Of a DNA stretch of 64,000 nt, positions 60,571-64,000 are shown piece by piece. A program made the translations under genes and the position numbers. Each line of letters opens with the position of its first letter. The first letter of the stretch is position 1. The DNA comes from an uncultured Rhabdochlamydiaceae bacterium (GTDB lineage: Bacteria; Chlamydiota; Chlamydiia; Chlamydiales; Rhabdochlamydiaceae): the NCBI GenBank assembly GCA_963712275.1, contig CAVQHD010000001.1, positions 224,001 through 288,000 on the forward strand, given 5' to 3'. The notes below the pieces were generated by a model. That model was not told the origin of the DNA. It made no database searches and was given only the letters and a program-made list of their open reading frames with translations.

Positions 60571-61929
60571 ATGATTGCAAATATAGATTTAAACAAAAGA
60601 ACCGATTTTATAATTCAAAGTTTTGGTGCAATTAATCCTCACAAAATTGTGACTTTTGCCCTTCCTTTTTTAAGCTTAAATCGAACGGCCTCCATCGGGG
60701 CATCGATAGGACTTGGAATTTATGAGTGCTCCGTCCACCCTTCCGCACCTCGAGGCCATTGGGTGCAGATTGCTCTAACCGTCTCTTCTGCCGCCCTTTC
60801 CATCTTTTGCCCGACGGGACAGCTGCTCCTTTCTAACACGCTCTTTGTGCTCGCCCATACAAACCACTTTATCGACCATCTCAAGCAAAGAAAGTGGCAA
60901 GAGTGCGGTATCATCTGTTTGAAAATCATGCATCAGGCAGTCTATTTAGCCTCGATTTATTATGGAACGCCTGCTTGGATTGTCCTATCGCTTCTCTCAC
61001 AAGCTTGCACTGAAATACATCAAGCCCTGAAACAAAAACAAGCTTTTGAAATGGCCCCACTCCTTCTTCTGGCATCGATGAGACTGTGGAAAGCCTATTC
61101 TTACCTCCCCAGTCCATCAATGCCACCTCCTCTTACGCCACAGTCGGCTTCTCCAGAGCCCCTCGTTTCACCTTTGCGCCAAAACAACTGCAGCGCCACC
61201 TTTCTAGAAACAAACAGTGAGCCGTCAGCTCCTAAACCACTCACCCAAAGCGACTGGACAACCCTTAACTCGATGTATCCGCAATTCAATACCACCTCCG
61301 CACCTAAACCGATCGATCTTTATGCTCTCCTGACTCAGCACGGATTCTCGACTCTGATTGAGGGAATTGATTTCACCAAAGAGCGGGCTCTTTTAATGGA
61401 TGCTTTATTTCGCAACCTTCAATTCAAGGACTGCACCTTCCTCGGCGTCGATTTCAGCCTGTCTCGGTTCAATCATGTCCAAATGGAGGGGTGCAACCTT
61501 CAGTTTGCGATTTGGAATAGGGCTTCCTTCTGCAACTGCACATTCACCGGCTGTGATTTTTCAGCTTCCAGTTTTTTTAACTCTTTTTTTGAAAACGTCT
61601 CTTTTATTAAGTGTCCTTTTTCCCAAGCTTTTTTCTATGATCCGATTTTCAAACAGATCACGATTGAACTAGAAGAAGAAATAGAGCGAAAAATAGAGCG
61701 GGTGTATGAGATAAACCTTTCTCTTCTCAGTCCAGCTCCCAAGGACGTCGACTTATTTTACTCCGGGCTTACATTGCAGAGTGACAACGTCCTTAAGGCA
61801 AAGTCCTTGGCGAAAAAAATGACTGAAAAATCGCTCCTTGAGCATTTCTGGATCCCTTCAAAGAACTATATTACTTACACAAGCTTGCTTAGAAACACAC
61901 TTCAATTGAGCGGTGCGATTGTTTTATAG
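60571..61929 (+). CDS. Membrane protein with pentapeptide repeats
   Basis: Hydrophobic N-terminal region, Pro/Ser linker, F/L at 5-residue spacing (FKDCTFLGVDFSLSRF...). Confidence 0.7.
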   Translation: MIANIDLNKRTDFIIQSFGAINPHKIVTFALPFLSLNRTASIGASIGLGIYECSVHPSAPRGHWVQIALTVSSAALSIFCPTGQLLLSNTLFVLAHTNHFIDHLKQRKWQECGIICLKIMHQAVYLASIYYGTPAWIVLSLLSQACTEIHQALKQKQAFEMAPLLLLASMRLWKAYSYLPSPSMPPPLTPQSASPEPLVSPLRQNNCSATFLETNSEPSAPKPLTQSDWTTLNSMYPQFNTTSAPKPIDLYALLTQHGFSTLIEGIDFTKERALLMDALFRNLQFKDCTFLGVDFSLSRFNHVQMEGCNLQFAIWNRASFCNCTFTGCDFSASSFFNSFFENVSFIKCPFSQAFFYDPIFKQITIELEEEIERKIERVYEINLSLLSPAPKDVDLFYSGLTLQSDNVLKAKSLAKKMTEKSLLEHFWIPSKNYITYTSLLRNTLQLSGAIVL

Positions 61930-61962
61930 GCCTTAGAGGCAGTTACAAATTAAAATAAATTT

Positions 61963-62952
61963 TTATTCAGCGATGATCACTACGCCTGTAGGCCAGGTAT
62001 CGACCTTAATTGTGTCTACGACTGTATTATTGTTTGTCTCGATCACAGAAACGTCATTGCTATTGTAATTGGCCACATAGACAAACTTCCCATCAGGCGT
62101 AATCGCAATTCCATAAGGATCATGCCCTACAGGGATTTTGGCTACAACCGTGTTATTTTTTGTCTGGATCACAGAGAGGTTATTGTCGTTGCTATTGGTT
62201 ACATAGGCAAACTGCCCATTAGGTGTAATCGCTATTCCTGAAGGCGACGCTCCGACCAGAATCTTAGCTATGACTGTGTTAGTACTCGTTTGGATTACAG
62301 AGACGTTACTGCTGACCACATAGACAAACTTCCCATCGGGTGTAATCGCAATTCCAGAAGGGAAAACAGTTACAGGAACTGTAGCTATAACCTTATTGCT
62401 TTCTACCTGGATCACAGAGACGTTGTCGTCATTGCTATTAATGACATAGGCAAACTTCCCATCGGGTGTGACCACAACTCCAGAAGGAGCATTACCTACA
62501 GAAACTGTAGCTACAATCTTATTGCTTTCTAGCTGGATCACAGAGACGTTATCGCCTTCCATATTAGCGACATAGGCAAACTTCCCATCGGGTGTGAACG
62601 CAATTCCATAAGGAGTATCACCTACAGGAACTGTAGCTACAACCTCATTGCTTTTTGTCTGGATCACAGAGAGGTTGTTGTCATTGGAATTAGCGACATA
62701 GACCAACTTCCCATCGGGCGTGGCCGTTATTCCGATAGGCACGTGTCCGACTGGAACTTTAGTGACGATTCTATTATTGCTCGTCTCAATCACGGCGACA
62801 CTGCCCGGCTTATCTCTAGCCACTTCACTGACTACATAGGCAACATCCGCTAGAATATATCTAGACGGTATTATGAGAAGGCTTAGGAGTAACGGAGTGA
62901 TACTATAGCCGAAAAAAGATGCGATAGCGCCATAAGTTCTATTTTTTTTCAT
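61963..62952 (-). CDS. YVTN/YncE family beta-propeller repeat protein
   Basis: About seven 42-aa repeats P.GIA.TPDGKF.YV.N...NVSVI with 126-bp DNA periodicity; N-terminal signal/TM segment. Confidence 0.88.
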   Translation of the reverse strand: MKKNRTYGAIASFFGYSITPLLLSLLIIPSRYILADVAYVVSEVARDKPGSVAVIETSNNRIVTKVPVGHVPIGITATPDGKLVYVANSNDNNLSVIQTKSNEVVATVPVGDTPYGIAFTPDGKFAYVANMEGDNVSVIQLESNKIVATVSVGNAPSGVVVTPDGKFAYVINSNDDNVSVIQVESNKVIATVPVTVFPSGIAITPDGKFVYVVSSNVSVIQTSTNTVIAKILVGASPSGIAITPNGQFAYVTNSNDNNLSVIQTKNNTVVAKIPVGHDPYGIAITPDGKFVYVANYNSNDVSVIETNNNTVVDTIKVDTWPTGVVIIAE

Positions 62953-63032
62953 CCTTACCTCGTCCTTTTTGTTGTAGTGAAAATCCATGATAATTATTTC
63001 TCGATAAAATAGTCAATTTATCTCTAGGAAAC

Positions 63033-64000
63033 CTACTTCACTCCTTCTTCAATCAGCTGGAGAAGTTGGATCAGGTCATCGCGGCTTAAGGATTTGAGCT
63101 CGTTTTGATCATCGTATCCAATGACCTCTTCGATAAGCAACTGCTTTCTCTCAATGAGGCGGTGGATATGTTCTTCGAGAGTGCCGCGGGTTACCATTTT
63201 AAACACTTGGACACCACGACTTTGTCCCATGCGGTGGACGCGGTCGGTGGCTTGGTTTTCTTTGGCGGGGTTCCACCACCGGTCGTAGTGAATCACAACT
63301 GAAGCTGAGATGAGGTCGATTCCGACGCCAGCCGCCTGCAGGGAGCCGACAAACACTTCACATTTAGGATCGTCTCGAAAACGGGAAACGGGCTCTTTGC
63401 GATCGCGCGTAGACCCTCGAATCTCAGCAAAGCCTATCTTCTCTGACTTAAGGTAACCCTCAATAATATCGAGCATGCCTAGGTATTGGGAAAAAACGAC
63501 GAGTTTTTGACCGCTGGCTCTGGTTTCTTGGAGAAGCTCGACGAAAAGATCCCATTTTCCCGAGGAGTGATGAGGGTAGTCCATGGGCCGATTGAGATAA
63601 AGAGCTGGATGATCGCAGATCTGCTTAAGTTTGGCCAGGAGAGCAAAGACATGAAGATAAGGGGTGGGCTTTGAGGAGTCATTCAACTCTTTAAAAAGTT
63701 CCTCTTTCGATGCCTCGTAAATTTCTTGATATAGTTTTTTTTGTTCATCAGAGAGCGGCGCATAGGCAATCGTTTCCACTTTTTCTGGAAGCTCAAGGAG
63801 AACCTCTGATTTTTTACGACGTAAAATAAATGGCTGGGTGAGACGGGTTAAAAGCTGTTTGCGCTCTAAATCTTGCTGCTTTTCGATGGGATGTACAAAC
63901 ATCTCTTTATAAAGTGTTTCAGTGGGCATATAGCCAGGCAAGACCACATCGAAGAGCGCTTTGAGCTCAAGAAGATTATTCTCTATGGGCGTTCCTGTGA
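63033..64000 (-). CDS. SNF2-family helicase (C-terminal part; runs off window)
   Basis: TGTPIEN at the edge, ILRRKK, LKQICDHP, WWNPA, DRVHRMGQ. Confidence 0.9.
   Translation of the reverse strand, partial: TGTPIENNLLELKALFDVVLPGYMPTETLYKEMFVHPIEKQQDLERKQLLTRLTQPFILRRKKSEVLLELPEKVETIAYAPLSDEQKKLYQEIYEASKEELFKELNDSSKPTPYLHVFALLAKLKQICDHPALYLNRPMDYPHHSSGKWDLFVELLQETRASGQKLVVFSQYLGMLDIIEGYLKSEKIGFAEIRGSTRDRKEPVSRFRDDPKCEVFVGSLQAAGVGIDLISASVVIHYDRWWNPAKENQATDRVHRMGQSRGVQVFKMVTRGTLEEHIHRLIERKQLLIEEVIGYDDQNELKSLSRDDLIQLLQLIEEGVK

Noticed and set aside
61963..62760. Regularly spaced DNA repeats as a possible CRISPR array
   Set aside because: 126-bp in-frame coding repeats of a beta-propeller; no unique spacers or cas genes

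Overview
This is a chromosomal window from an environmental member of the Chlamydiota, inferred from gene order and content: yceD-tRNA-Tyr-rpmF-plsX-rng-plastid-type GPAT-insulinase, a SWIB protein, SWIM-SNF2 next to mreB, and the scc4-cdsD-E-F-G-N-O-P-Q-pkn5-cdsC type III secretion cluster. Housekeeping blocks are interspersed with lineage-specific, effector-like genes: U-box, RING, ankyrin, lipase, Fic, pentapeptide, YVTN and two degenerate PARG-like proteins. The most striking unexplained structure is a set of seven short palindromic insertion elements, which the ORF track does not show. (a) Two ~217-bp near-perfect hairpins with YAGG...CCTR ends and 10-bp target duplications, the same end and TSD geometry as the intact ISAs1 element in the window. 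(b) Three elements with GAGnnAGTTGCAAAAC ends; two have exact 4-bp TSDs, and one of these sits in frame inside lpxB, adding 26 aa. (c) A shorter hairpin that shares an internal motif with family (a) but has other ends. (d) A long inverted repeat enclosing an apparent relic of a four-helix-bundle gene. Other highlights are a secretin with about 10 N-domain repeats, two ubiquitin-ligase mimics that are both inactivated (nonsense codon; IS insertion), and a frameshifted DUF3800-like pseudogene at the left edge. All family assignments come from motif recognition by eye; no database searches were run.
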